From: Flectonema sp. DT1601
Taxonomy: Eukaryota
DNA: 64,000 bases
Assembly (NCBI GenBank): GCA_964019425.1
Contig: OZ025799.1
Location: forward strand, 248,001-312,000
Direction: 5' to 3'
The notes beneath the pieces are model-generated. The model worked only from the letters and a program-made list of their open reading frames with translations. It searched no databases and was not told the origin of the DNA. Each line of letters starts with the position of its first letter. Position 1 is the first letter of the stretch. Shown one piece after another: positions 47,551 through 57,371 of this stretch. A program made the translations under genes and the position numbers.

Positions 47551-48324
47551 TCAAGAGTAGGCGTACGGAGTCGACGTTGGTGTGAATGGCTCACACGGAA
47601 TAAACCAAAGTAACATATTATCACCCATGACATCTTTAATATTTTTTATATAAGATTTATGAAAAGGATTGCCATCAATATAAGCTGCTTCCATAGTTGT
47701 TTGGTTCTTAAGCGTCTGAACTGTTGTACTGGCACAAAAGAAACCAGCGAAGAATAAAAGAGCAACAGCAATAACAGTATAAATATTAAATGCCAATAGG
47801 ACTGCAACGTTGCTGAGAGCAGGGGCTTTTATTGTGACAAACTCGACGCTGAGCATCATGCGAATTACCATTGTTAAGTAGTGGATGATTATGGCAGTTA
47901 TATACCACAGAAATAATAGAAATATTTTTGTGTTTCGGACTCCGATGCAATTGTCGATCCAATCGCAATGATGATCATATCGAACTACGCAAGCACAGAA
48001 CTGACAATGATGAGTTCGCAGAGGTTTAAAAGAAACGCATTTTGAACAAAACGTAGCTCCCAAAATCTCTTCCTCCAACTCTGGCGGTAATTTCTCCGGA
48101 TTCCATCCCTGCGGTACTTTTCCGGGACTTTTTAACGTCGCCGCCCAAAGACTATAAATTGCCAAGCTTGCTTCTATCACTGCGAATGTCTTGTCATAAA
48201 TTGCATATTTACCAGCAGCGAGTAAATTGAATACCCAAAATATATACATCAATATCATCATGGTAACGAACCATGGGAGAGTAAGGTTCTGCTCCGGGCG
48301 GCTTCGCACTATATGGAGCCGCAT
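47551..48324 (-). CDS. DHHC palmitoyl acyltransferase, 257 aa
   Basis: FCSKCVSFKPLRTHHCQFCACVVRYDHHCDWIDNCIGVRN, four hydrophobic segments and an NQTTME (TTxE) motif. Confidence 0.93.
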   Translation of the reverse strand: MRLHIVRSRPEQNLTLPWFVTMMILMYIFWVFNLLAAGKYAIYDKTFAVIEASLAIYSLWAATLKSPGKVPQGWNPEKLPPELEEEILGATFCSKCVSFKPLRTHHCQFCACVVRYDHHCDWIDNCIGVRNTKIFLLFLWYITAIIIHYLTMVIRMMLSVEFVTIKAPALSNVAVLLAFNIYTVIAVALLFFAGFFCASTTVQTLKNQTTMEAAYIDGNPFHKSYIKNIKDVMGDNMLLWFIPCEPFTPTSTPYAYS

Positions 48325-48755
48325 TGTAGTGTAGCTGTAATGGAGATTAAAAAGTAATTACTATTTAAGAGTATGTATGTCGAAAGTTAAGTATTAGAGC
48401 AATAAGAGGACGGAATTAATCATTTTTTGGTGATTGTTCTCATTTAAGCTCTCTCTGTAACATTAGCAAAGTATAAACATCCTTCACCAACATAGAGAAA
48501 GCAATATGAGTTCCTCAGTAATCTATGCAGCAACACAGACAAGGAAGGACGAGGTTTAAAAAAAAAAAATATGTGTATCTTTTAAAATAAGATAGTGACT
48601 GCGACGTGGAATACGATGCTGGTTTTTTAAAAAGAAATAAAAAAATGAAAAAAACAATGGAATTGAAGAGTGTGAGTTAGAAAGGATAGTTATTTCCAGC
48701 GTGTCACAGTCACAGTTAACAAGTACAAGAAGAAGGACAAGAAAAAACATTTAAA

Positions 48756-49553
48756 TTAAGTTCTACGAACAAGTGCAGAACTGTATTCTCCAAAAGGAAC
48801 TTCAGGGGGGACAGATACCACCTTCGCAAGGGACTTTTCATTCAGTGAATAGTTCCAGTTTGGATATAATTCTTTTATCATGTTTGGAGTAACATGGTGA
48901 GGTGGACCTCTTTCCAGATTAACTTGGTTTGGGTGGTCGGGGTACAGATCAACATCACCCACGTATTCAGAATTCCTCCACATTCCTTCAATAAACATAT
49001 GACAACTTGTTTTTGATACACGATTCATGATATCAACATACTGCTTACGCATATCAGGGTTTATTGCGACTAAGGATCCTCTGTCGTAAATGAGGTCGAA
49101 TGTGTTGTCAGGCACTTCAGTCATGAGTTTAAAGAAATCACCTCCAAGGATTGTGATTCTTTTTTTAGAATCTTCATCGTTCTTTAAAATGTCAGATATT
49201 CTGATTGCTAAGTCTCTACGACCTGTCTCACTTCCTTCAACCGCTGTTACGTCCATTCCCATTCCAGCGAATATCGGTACTGCTGCAGTGTCTCCACAAA
49301 GGGGAATCAATACTTTCATTTTAGTAGTCTGAGATTCAGATATCCCACAGAATTTAAGGTTGTCTGCAAAAGGCCAAGCATCGTCTTCCACACCTTTCCA
49401 TTTCATGATTCCCTTATTCCAAGTCACATCACACCACCAGTCGACACTTCCTTTAGGCTCTTCAGACATATATAATACTTTTGAGGATCTAAAACGGGTG
49501 CTAACATTTTCAACAACTCGACGAGTTACTTTCACAATCGGAAATCCAATCAT
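48756..49553 (-). CDS. Thiopurine S-methyltransferase (TPMT)-family SAM methyltransferase, 265 aa
   Basis: KVLIPLCGD, VTAVEGSE, GDFF, FDLIYDRGSLVAINPDMRKQY, GPPHHV. The Arg/Ser-rich N-terminus may be a mitochondrial presequence. Confidence 0.88.
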   Translation of the reverse strand: MIGFPIVKVTRRVVENVSTRFRSSKVLYMSEEPKGSVDWWCDVTWNKGIMKWKGVEDDAWPFADNLKFCGISESQTTKMKVLIPLCGDTAAVPIFAGMGMDVTAVEGSETGRRDLAIRISDILKNDEDSKKRITILGGDFFKLMTEVPDNTFDLIYDRGSLVAINPDMRKQYVDIMNRVSKTSCHMFIEGMWRNSEYVGDVDLYPDHPNQVNLERGPPHHVTPNMIKELYPNWNYSLNEKSLAKVVSVPPEVPFGEYSSALVRRT

Positions 49554-50105
49554 CGAATTCTTGGCTGTTTTTATAATATAAATTTCATTTCTTTAATAAT
49601 AAGGTTTATTAATTAAACTGAATCAAACTATTGTGTTGTAATTACAACAGGATCGTAACTAAATACCAAAACAACGTGTCAACAAGTATAACTTAATAGG
49701 CTAGGGTACGTTTGTCTAACTGAGGTCTTCATCGATCTCAGAGCCAAGACATCCATCGATAAGTACTATTGTTGTCACCAGGGTGGGTAGAGCTGGGGGG
49801 ACTTGGATAACTAAATCAAGGGTTGGGGGGGGGATGTATGTTCGATTTTGAAAAAATTACAACTGCGTTGTATCATAAAAACATAAAAATAATTTAACAT
49901 TAGCTGGGGGGAGAGAACTCTCTGCAGGCAACCGCTTAGAGCGTTTCGAATCCCAGCAATATTTCTCAGCTAGAGGAACCAAAAGTCGTCAGTCAGCCTT
50001 GGTTAGCTGGCTAAGAGGACCGATATTATTTTTTCTGGAAAAAAACCCCCCAAGATACCCTCCCACAGCCAATCGGTAGCAACGAAGAGTAAGGAAAAAC
50101 TAAAA

Positions 50106-51452
50106 TTACTGCTCTCTTGTCGATCTAAGAAAGGTTCTTCTTTGTTGTTCATTCAGGGCAGGGCATCCATCAAGAAAACGAAAGTTTTGCGGTCTGCTAT
50201 TACTCAAAGGGGTTAAATCTAAAGTTGATAATCCCTTACAGTTTATTAGAAAACATTGATCAATATTTCTAACATTCGATAAAGGGGATAGATCTAAAGT
50301 AGTAATTGATTGACAATTCGATAAAAAATAATCCGCAATCGATACGACATTGCTCAACGGTGACAAATCAATTTTTAAAATATTTTTACAATCTGCTAAA
50401 AAGTGACCTGATATCGCCGTGACATTAGACAAGGCAGCAAGATCAATTGTTGTAAGTGAACTACAACCACTCATAAAATGATAACCAAACGAACTCAGGT
50501 TACTAAAACAAGAAAGGTCAATACTCAAAATACGACTACAACTAAACAAGAATGATTTCCCTATGAAAATTACATTCAAGAACCCAGATAAATCAATAGA
50601 AATCAAGCCTGTACACCCTGAAAGCATACTATCACCAACATCAGTTACAGAAACCAACGCTGAAAGATCTAAGTGCTGCAATGAGGTGCAACCATGCATG
50701 AAATTCATTTCGATAGTTGTTAATTTACTAAAACAAGACAAGTTTAACCCACATAAACTACTGCAATGGCTTAGAAAAAATCCACCTAAAGTCAAAATAG
50801 ATTCTTCAGGTAGATGTAATGAAGCAAGTCCAATGCATCCAAAAAGAAACCTTTCACCAATAGATGTGAGATTTTTCATCATTGAAAGATCAATGTGCTT
50901 TATTGTTTGACATCCTTCTAAGAAGTTGTCTGAAATAGAGACGATGTTAGTCATTTGTGATAGATCTAAAGTTTGAATACCTCTTGTTGCATGCCATCTA
51001 GCTTTGAAGAATCCACTTCCAACTTTAGTAACTGACTTACAATTAACAACACAAACATGACTTACTGTAGACGGAAGTAATCCTCTCTTTGTTTCCATAC
51101 AGCCAAACTCATCCGAAAATGAATCAGTATCAATATAACAAGTTGTATTTGGATATTTTTCAAACAATTCGCACATTTCAATAAGTTTTTCTAACGATCT
51201 AAAATCATTTTTAGTATATGTGATATGTTGTTTTTTTACAACAGTAAACTCATCGTCTGCACGTAGTCCGAGTGACATAAGGTTAGTCTTCGGGGGAATA
51301 ACTTCTGATGAATACAAAATTTCAATTGTTTCGCCATCAAGATTCCATTCATGTGATGCAGAGTTTATCAGGTCTTCTATGTCTGTCTTTACAGACACAG
51401 TTACTCTCACATCAGTAAAAACAGTCTCTGGAAATGTCAGCGTCACTTCCAT
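50106..51452 (-). CDS. Ubiquitin-like N-terminal domain plus BspA-like leucine-rich repeats, 448 aa
   Basis: About a dozen ~24-aa repeats of the form LxxIDLSxLSNVxxIGxxFLxxC; the N-terminal ~75 aa have a beta-grasp-like pattern (ILYSSEVIPPKTNLMSLGLRADDEFTVV). Confidence 0.88.
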   Translation of the reverse strand: MEVTLTFPETVFTDVRVTVSVKTDIEDLINSASHEWNLDGETIEILYSSEVIPPKTNLMSLGLRADDEFTVVKKQHITYTKNDFRSLEKLIEMCELFEKYPNTTCYIDTDSFSDEFGCMETKRGLLPSTVSHVCVVNCKSVTKVGSGFFKARWHATRGIQTLDLSQMTNIVSISDNFLEGCQTIKHIDLSMMKNLTSIGERFLFGCIGLASLHLPEESILTLGGFFLSHCSSLCGLNLSCFSKLTTIEMNFMHGCTSLQHLDLSALVSVTDVGDSMLSGCTGLISIDLSGFLNVIFIGKSFLFSCSRILSIDLSCFSNLSSFGYHFMSGCSSLTTIDLAALSNVTAISGHFLADCKNILKIDLSPLSNVVSIADYFLSNCQSITTLDLSPLSNVRNIDQCFLINCKGLSTLDLTPLSNSRPQNFRFLDGCPALNEQQRRTFLRSTREQ

Positions 51453-51704
51453 TGTTGTAACTTGTTACAATAAAACAATTCCCCCCCTTCCCTGTTATCA
51501 TAAAAATAGTAATTTGAAATGACTCATACCATCCGAGAATAGTAATGTTGTGATTACTGTGAGATTTGAAGTACTAATTAAATTAGGAACAACATTGAGA
51601 ACAGGAGAGTACTGTGTACGAATTGGTTATTAAGGTTACGACATGTAAATGTCGTGTGTGTTATTTACTAATAAAGAAGAAGATGAGATGCGGGAACAGA
51701 TTAA

Positions 51705-52415
51705 TTATCTACTGAGGGGTGGCAAACAAGCACTTCTCTCAGATCCCTCTCGAGACACTGCAAAGTGTAAACCACCTTTGTGATCCATCGTGAATCCTGA
51801 TCGCGCTGCAGTCGCTCTGTGTAATTGTTTTGATGATGTAGTGCTGGTGTGTGAACCACGTCGTTTGTTTATTGTGTTGCTACCTGCTGCAGGGATTGTC
51901 TCAGATATAATTCCTTTTAATGTTTTCATTACAGTCTCATATTTCTGTGTTGAATCAGCTGCTTGATTTTGCTTTGATGATACCAACGTTCGAAGTGTGA
52001 GTTCTGCAGCCTGACGTGCCTCACGCTCTCTCTCAAGCAACTCCTCCAGTTGGTTTAACATCCCAAGTGCCTGTGTACTGCTAATTGACTTTCCTGTTGA
52101 ACTCACTCGTGAAGAACTTTTTAGGCTTTTAGTACTGGCTGAGTCCTTTCTACTGGAAGGTGGAATTGGTGTTTTTACGGAACCTGCCTTACTGCTTAAC
52201 TTGCTAAGGTTGCTGTTTTTACTGTAGACTGATGCCGATCCGTTTATACTGCAACTGCCGTTCTTTGCACTGCTTAAGCATCTGTTACCTGACTTCAGAC
52301 TTTCAGCACACTCTGGAACACTTCCTCCTCTCACTGATGAGTGAACTGAGACTCCATTAGAGATATGCGATTTAGTTCTGTGTGAACCACTCATAGTACT
52401 TCCTGCTGCAACCAT
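51705..52415 (-). CDS. Hypothetical Ser-rich protein with a short coiled coil, 236 aa
   Basis: Open 236-codon frame on the coding strand; LNQLEELLEREREARQAAE coiled-coil segment. Confidence 0.75.
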   Translation of the reverse strand: MVAAGSTMSGSHRTKSHISNGVSVHSSVRGGSVPECAESLKSGNRCLSSAKNGSCSINGSASVYSKNSNLSKLSSKAGSVKTPIPPSSRKDSASTKSLKSSSRVSSTGKSISSTQALGMLNQLEELLEREREARQAAELTLRTLVSSKQNQAADSTQKYETVMKTLKGIISETIPAAGSNTINKRRGSHTSTTSSKQLHRATAARSGFTMDHKGGLHFAVSREGSERSACLPPLSR

Positions 52416-52741
52416 TATATTAGTGGACTGTATTTGTAATTAAATTTACTAAATGACAATAATACTTATCACAACTGAGTTTGAGTGCCGACAAGGACAA
52501 GGATGTGCACGCTTTCAATTGTGAAGTAATGACTCAGCCGAGAGCAGAATTCATTACTTGGATCGTTAGTATTAATTATGATTTATAATTAATATGTTTG
52601 TCTATGGCTTTATACGTGTAGTACGCTATCTTGGTTTGCTTTTCAATCTCAGGAGTGATTGTGACAAGGTTAGACAGTTCAGTCAAACAATAAAATGAAT
52701 TAAATTCTCAAATTCTTCTATCGAGGATAGTGAATCAGACA

Positions 52742-55411
52742 TTACATGAAATTCCTAACCACTTCATTCTTCTCGTAGATTGCAACAGGACAGTGCCATT
52801 CTTCTGAGGAATTTTCAATTTCTGATATTTTTCTAAACATCAATACACGATAAAGAGGTAATATCGCAGGAGAACTCTCCCCTTGTAAGATGTTATATGT
52901 TGTCTTCGCTAAGTCAAGTGCACGTGTCGAGAGGTCAGTTCCAGAAATAAAATCTGAAAAAGAAGAAAAGTTAGGACTGTAGTCCTTAATGAGTTCAAAC
53001 CCATGATTGCTACAGAGGGTTTCAACTAACTGTGGAGGTACTAAGAATTCATCTCCACAAACTAAGTCGTTTAAGGAAAAGTGATAACGCATTCCGAATT
53101 GTGGATTATTTTCCAAAACACTCTGAACTGTCTCACGAGGTATCGTTAGAACTGCATCCCCGAAACTGATTTTAACTTCTTCGTAACTTTCACCGACAGT
53201 GTTTTCAATTGCTTTTTTAATCGCATTGTAGTCGGGTGTCGTTGCTACGAAGATTCCATCTTTCCTCAACCTCCCTCCGGCATTGTGAAAAGCTCTGTTA
53301 GCAAGATCAACAGACGAGAAACAGTAATGAATAGCAAACTGACAACTCACTAAATTGAATTTTACATTACACAGAAACTTCTTTTCCGAATCTTCTAAAA
53401 TATTTTCCAGTAAATTCACATCACTCATAGAAGCCACAGAGAATAATGATCTATATTTAAACCCTGTCGTTCTGTAGCGTGAAGCACAGCATTCTATGCT
53501 GCTGGAACTAGTGTCAATTCCGATATATAATCCAGTCTTTGCTGTTGGTGAGAGCATTGAGAATTTAAAAAGATCGCCTCCCTTACCACATCCCAAGTCT
53601 AAAACAGAAAGATGATATTTATCAGGACATAATGAAGCGGAGAATAAAATTACAATTGTTTTGATCCAATTGTTGTATCGTTTAAAGAGATCCGTTTCTC
53701 CAGCGTAGGTTCTGTTTTGAGAATTCTTGATTTCCTTTTCTCCGTTTATATCGTACCTAATGCTCGATTGCGATGATTGTGAACTCTGTTGCTCTTCCTT
53801 TACCTGTAGAACTTGTTCTTTGGATGTGTTGGTATCGGCTTCACTTAATTTCCTCTTTCCAAAATAGTTACTCATCATTTCCGCTGTAATTTGATAAACG
53901 TTATCAACGCTTGCTGCTGCAACATTTTCTAAGTTAGGTTGATCTTTATCATTTCTAATTCTTACGTATGTCCAAATACCGTTATTTGATACTTTACATT
54001 CTATAATCCTATTCTGTAAGTGTTCTTGTTGTTGTGTTGTTAAACCAGTAATGTCACTCATGTATACTAAGGCGTATGGTTTGTCTCTAAGGCAATACAG
54101 TTCATTGTTGATGAGTTTGAAATCTGCTGTTAGCAATTCAGGTGGTTTCCATTTAATTAAATTACCGTCAGCTCCTCTGACGTAATAGCGAACAGGTGTG
54201 AATATGATACCGTCTGTTGGGTACGGAATTGATTTTTGATCTTCAAAAAGTAGTTTATCCATCATGTTGAAATCGAAATACTGTTTTACTGAAATCGATA
54301 TGCCATCAGAAACAATGTCACTGGTTGATTCAGCTGGATAGAACTCAAGGCATTTAGTAAGTCTTGTTTGAAGAGGTTTAGCCATAATTCCGACTCCCTT
54401 TGCTTCAGCTAAGATATCAAATATCATAAAGTGAAAACTGTTATCATGAAACTGGACCAGTTCTCCATCAAAAACTAAGAATGAGTCTTTTGATAAATAT
54501 TGATGTGTATTACTTGAAAGACGCATTGTGTATGCGGTATGACAATGTCTTGAAATTAAATAATACTCCTCCTCTTCGATAATTAACAAGTAACGAGTTC
54601 CGTCGATTTTACGAGAGACTAGATGCGTGTCTGCATTTGGTTGCTGAGATTCTTTTTTTGAAGCCTGCTTGTTAACAAGCTGACCAGATGGCGTAACCTG
54701 AAGACAACCAGAGACTTGAGTTCCAGCAAACGATCTTCCTGCAGCAACTCGTTGATGAATGTGCATTATTTTCTTGTATGTGTTAAAATTCGATACTACT
54801 TTTAAGTTTGGTTCACATGGGATACGTATCTCTATTGGAAGTGAGATACTCGAAGAAGACAATTCATTAATAAACTGTTCAGTTTGATCACAAACATCCT
54901 CAGATGATATCTCTGTCGTATTAACAGTCAGAACACTACCAGGTAATTCTTCTACAGCTTCCAGTAGTAAGAGATGACTTCCAGAACGATTATATATCTC
55001 CAAACGTTTTACTGAATCTTGAGAATCACGATTGCGAGAAACAACACGAGTCTTTGCTACATCATTGTTTACAAGAAGATTGACAACTAAATTCATGTTT
55101 AATTGATATTTCCTTAACAAGTCAGATATGTAAAGATACCCCGCAGGATTTGGTTGTTGGACGTCGAGAACAATGGATTTTGGATTGTTCTTTTTCGATC
55201 GTTTTAAAAAATCGTCAAGTAGCTCCATCACTGTTGTCATATTTTCAAGAGGTGTTTTCTCAGCTGCCATAAACAGGTTTGATTTCGCACGCGCTTCTCG
55301 CAGTGCGTTGCCTGATGAAAAACACAATGATCCACGTTTCTCAAGCCCCTCTGCTAGAAGAGATTTCCCACTCCCTGGTTTACCCAAAAGGATAACTACA
55401 GGAATTGCCAT
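52742..55411 (-). CDS. Putative trifunctional mRNA capping enzyme: adenylate-kinase-like P-loop domain, RNA guanylyltransferase and cap guanine-N7 methyltransferase, 889 aa
   Basis: P-loop GKPGSGKS (aa 10-17) with SSGNALR; GTase motifs I KIDG (K268), III FDGE, IIIa FMIFDIL, IV DGIIF, V KWKP and VI RIRNDK; MTase YNNWIK, VLDLGCGKGGDL (from aa 603), SCQFAIHYCF, G.FVATTPD, EFLV and LYRVLMFRK. Confidence 0.92.
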   Translation of the reverse strand: MAIPVVILLGKPGSGKSLLAEGLEKRGSLCFSSGNALREARAKSNLFMAAEKTPLENMTTVMELLDDFLKRSKKNNPKSIVLDVQQPNPAGYLYISDLLRKYQLNMNLVVNLLVNNDVAKTRVVSRNRDSQDSVKRLEIYNRSGSHLLLLEAVEELPGSVLTVNTTEISSEDVCDQTEQFINELSSSSISLPIEIRIPCEPNLKVVSNFNTYKKIMHIHQRVAAGRSFAGTQVSGCLQVTPSGQLVNKQASKKESQQPNADTHLVSRKIDGTRYLLIIEEEEYYLISRHCHTAYTMRLSSNTHQYLSKDSFLVFDGELVQFHDNSFHFMIFDILAEAKGVGIMAKPLQTRLTKCLEFYPAESTSDIVSDGISISVKQYFDFNMMDKLLFEDQKSIPYPTDGIIFTPVRYYVRGADGNLIKWKPPELLTADFKLINNELYCLRDKPYALVYMSDITGLTTQQQEHLQNRIIECKVSNNGIWTYVRIRNDKDQPNLENVAAASVDNVYQITAEMMSNYFGKRKLSEADTNTSKEQVLQVKEEQQSSQSSQSSIRYDINGEKEIKNSQNRTYAGETDLFKRYNNWIKTIVILFSASLCPDKYHLSVLDLGCGKGGDLFKFSMLSPTAKTGLYIGIDTSSSSIECCASRYRTTGFKYRSLFSVASMSDVNLLENILEDSEKKFLCNVKFNLVSCQFAIHYCFSSVDLANRAFHNAGGRLRKDGIFVATTPDYNAIKKAIENTVGESYEEVKISFGDAVLTIPRETVQSVLENNPQFGMRYHFSLNDLVCGDEFLVPPQLVETLCSNHGFELIKDYSPNFSSFSDFISGTDLSTRALDLAKTTYNILQGESSPAILPLYRVLMFRKISEIENSSEEWHCPVAIYEKNEVVRNFM

Positions 55412-55481
55412 TTCAATTTACTTTGATGCTTTAATAACTAATTAACGAGCAACAACTGTATCAGGTAGGAATCCCTTTTGT

Positions 55482-57151
55482 TATATTAGTCATTCCAAAA
55501 ATAACCGTCCATTTTAGGGTTCCAGTATTTCATAGGTGAAAATAGGGAGTAAAACTTAAAACCGAATACCCATTTTAATCGCTTTTGCACCGCTGATTTC
55601 ATTCCCGCTGCGATTCAAAAAAATGCAGCTAAAATTCAAAAAAATTGTGACATTTTTGTGTGGTAAAAATTTTGAATAATGGAACTGTTGATGTCTAATC
55701 GGCTGCCCCGGGTGCTAAAATGAAAGATCGGTATATGGTTCTATATCCGGCCGTACCTGGTCGGATGTTTTACTCTGAAACAGTTACAAAGGCTGCTCGA
55801 AGCAAAACAGTACCTTGTACATCTTACACTACACTTAGCCTATTTTTATTTTTGATTAGGCTTAGCTCTTTTGGCAACTTTTACTGCTGGCTTTCTTCGT
55901 TTTCCTACCGGCAATGAACCGATAATAGAACTAGTTGAACGCAGCGATCTGAAACTGGAACTAGAACTAGATTCAGTGGCCAAAGAAGCAGTTGTAAGAC
56001 GGGTCTCGACATAGTATGAGTGGTAGGTGGTCACTCAAGCGGGTTAGCTGAAATCTTCTCAGGCCCACAAGTCTTATATAAGCAGGAAGGATAAGTGCAA
56101 TTTGCATGTGCCACCTGCAACGGCATCGAGGGTTATTCGGACAAGATTTGACATGAGCAGGCCTTTTGTCACAAAACTGAGGATATGAGATAGCTGTGTG
56201 AGTTCTGCAGAAGGCACTCCACAAGGCAAGGTATGGTTCTCTTACATAGAGGACTGTTTCTTTACTTGTCTCGCCGGTTATGTAGTCTTTGCTGAGGACC
56301 ACGCGGTTTGACTCAGGGCGTGCATTGGAAATCCAGAAGTTCCAGATATCTCTGTCTTGGCTGCGCTGCTTTACTGATTGGGAGGGATCGTGCTGTTCCA
56401 GCCTCTGTAGCTGCTTACGCATTGAAGAATCCCTGACATGGGCATTAATCTGGCTATCAGTGTAGCCTAGCGTGAGACAGAGTCTCAAAAACTGAGAACG
56501 GACAGCAGGAACTGATTCTTTCACGCGTTCAAAAATATCTGAGAGCGGTTCCGGATTGATCGGCTCTGCAGGGATACTGACGGATGCGTAATGCGGATCA
56601 CTAGTCAGCCTTTTTGCTCGCTAGTAGCAAGCGTTGCAGATTGAGCGCAGAGGAGCATACGCCGGGATTTCAAGACTACCGCGAAGTGGCTCAAGAAGCT
56701 TGTTGAACTTCGGATTCCGTCTTTTCGCGTTAGTGTGCGAGGTGCAGTTGTAGTTGTCTGAGGAGCACTCAGCTGGCATCTCGTGGCACGTGTGACACTT
56801 CATTGAGAGAAGTTTAAGCTGGTGCTTAAGGGAATAATAAGTGTAGTTACGAGAAAAAATGCCAATCTCTGATGCATTTCCCTTTTTTTTCCAGAAAAAA
56901 ATTAAATGCAGCAACAGGATTAACTTTTCCATGCCGACAGTGACATTCTCTTAGTACCCATAACGCACCTGTCGGGTTCTAACGGTCAGTAAAAAAAGTG
57001 AAAAAAAAATAATCCCACCGCGTAAAATCAGAGATTGGGGCCGAACCTTTCCACCTCGTAAAAAATCTCGAAAATGGATGCATTTTTGACCAATGGCTGC
57101 TCGAAGCAAAACTGGTTTTCGCGGCCGGTTATTTTTGGAATGACTAATATA
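55482..57151 (-). mobile_element. TIR DNA transposon, non-autonomous or degenerate, ~1.67 kb
   Basis: Perfect 26-bp inverted repeat TATATTAGTCATTCCAAAAATAACCG at 55482-55507 and 57126-57151. Its outer bases may be a palindromic 4-bp TSD (ATAT or TATA). The interior is GC-richer and holds a broken Cys/His-rich ORF. Confidence 0.88.
55973..56803 (-). pseudogene. Disrupted transposase-like N-terminal region
   Basis: The ORF-track ORFs 56621-56932 and 55973-56524 are in the same frame, separated by a single TAG at 56621-56623. Motifs CHTC..CNAC, YPQFCDKRPAHVK..CRCRWH and LILC..CFFGH; no DDE core visible. Confidence 0.6.
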
Positions 57152-57371
57152 TCTTGTTGCTGTGAAGGAGTGAATACGTATTTCATCAAAACAACAAATA
57201 ATATCTTTTCTTTTCTTTTTTTCCCTTCTGCAAAAAAAAAGTCTCAACTACAGGACCAACAATTCTGAAAAGAAAGATGGACGTAAATGTGAGTAATAAC
57301 TTATAGAAATATTGAACCCACGACAGGTATCCCTGTTAGGCTAGTAGATTGCCTCAGTGCACAACCAAACC

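Noticed and set aside
49901..49960. tRNA gene suggested by TTCGAATCCC
   Set aside because: No cloverleaf: the D arm, anticodon arm and T stem cannot be built. Kept only as a low-interest structured island.
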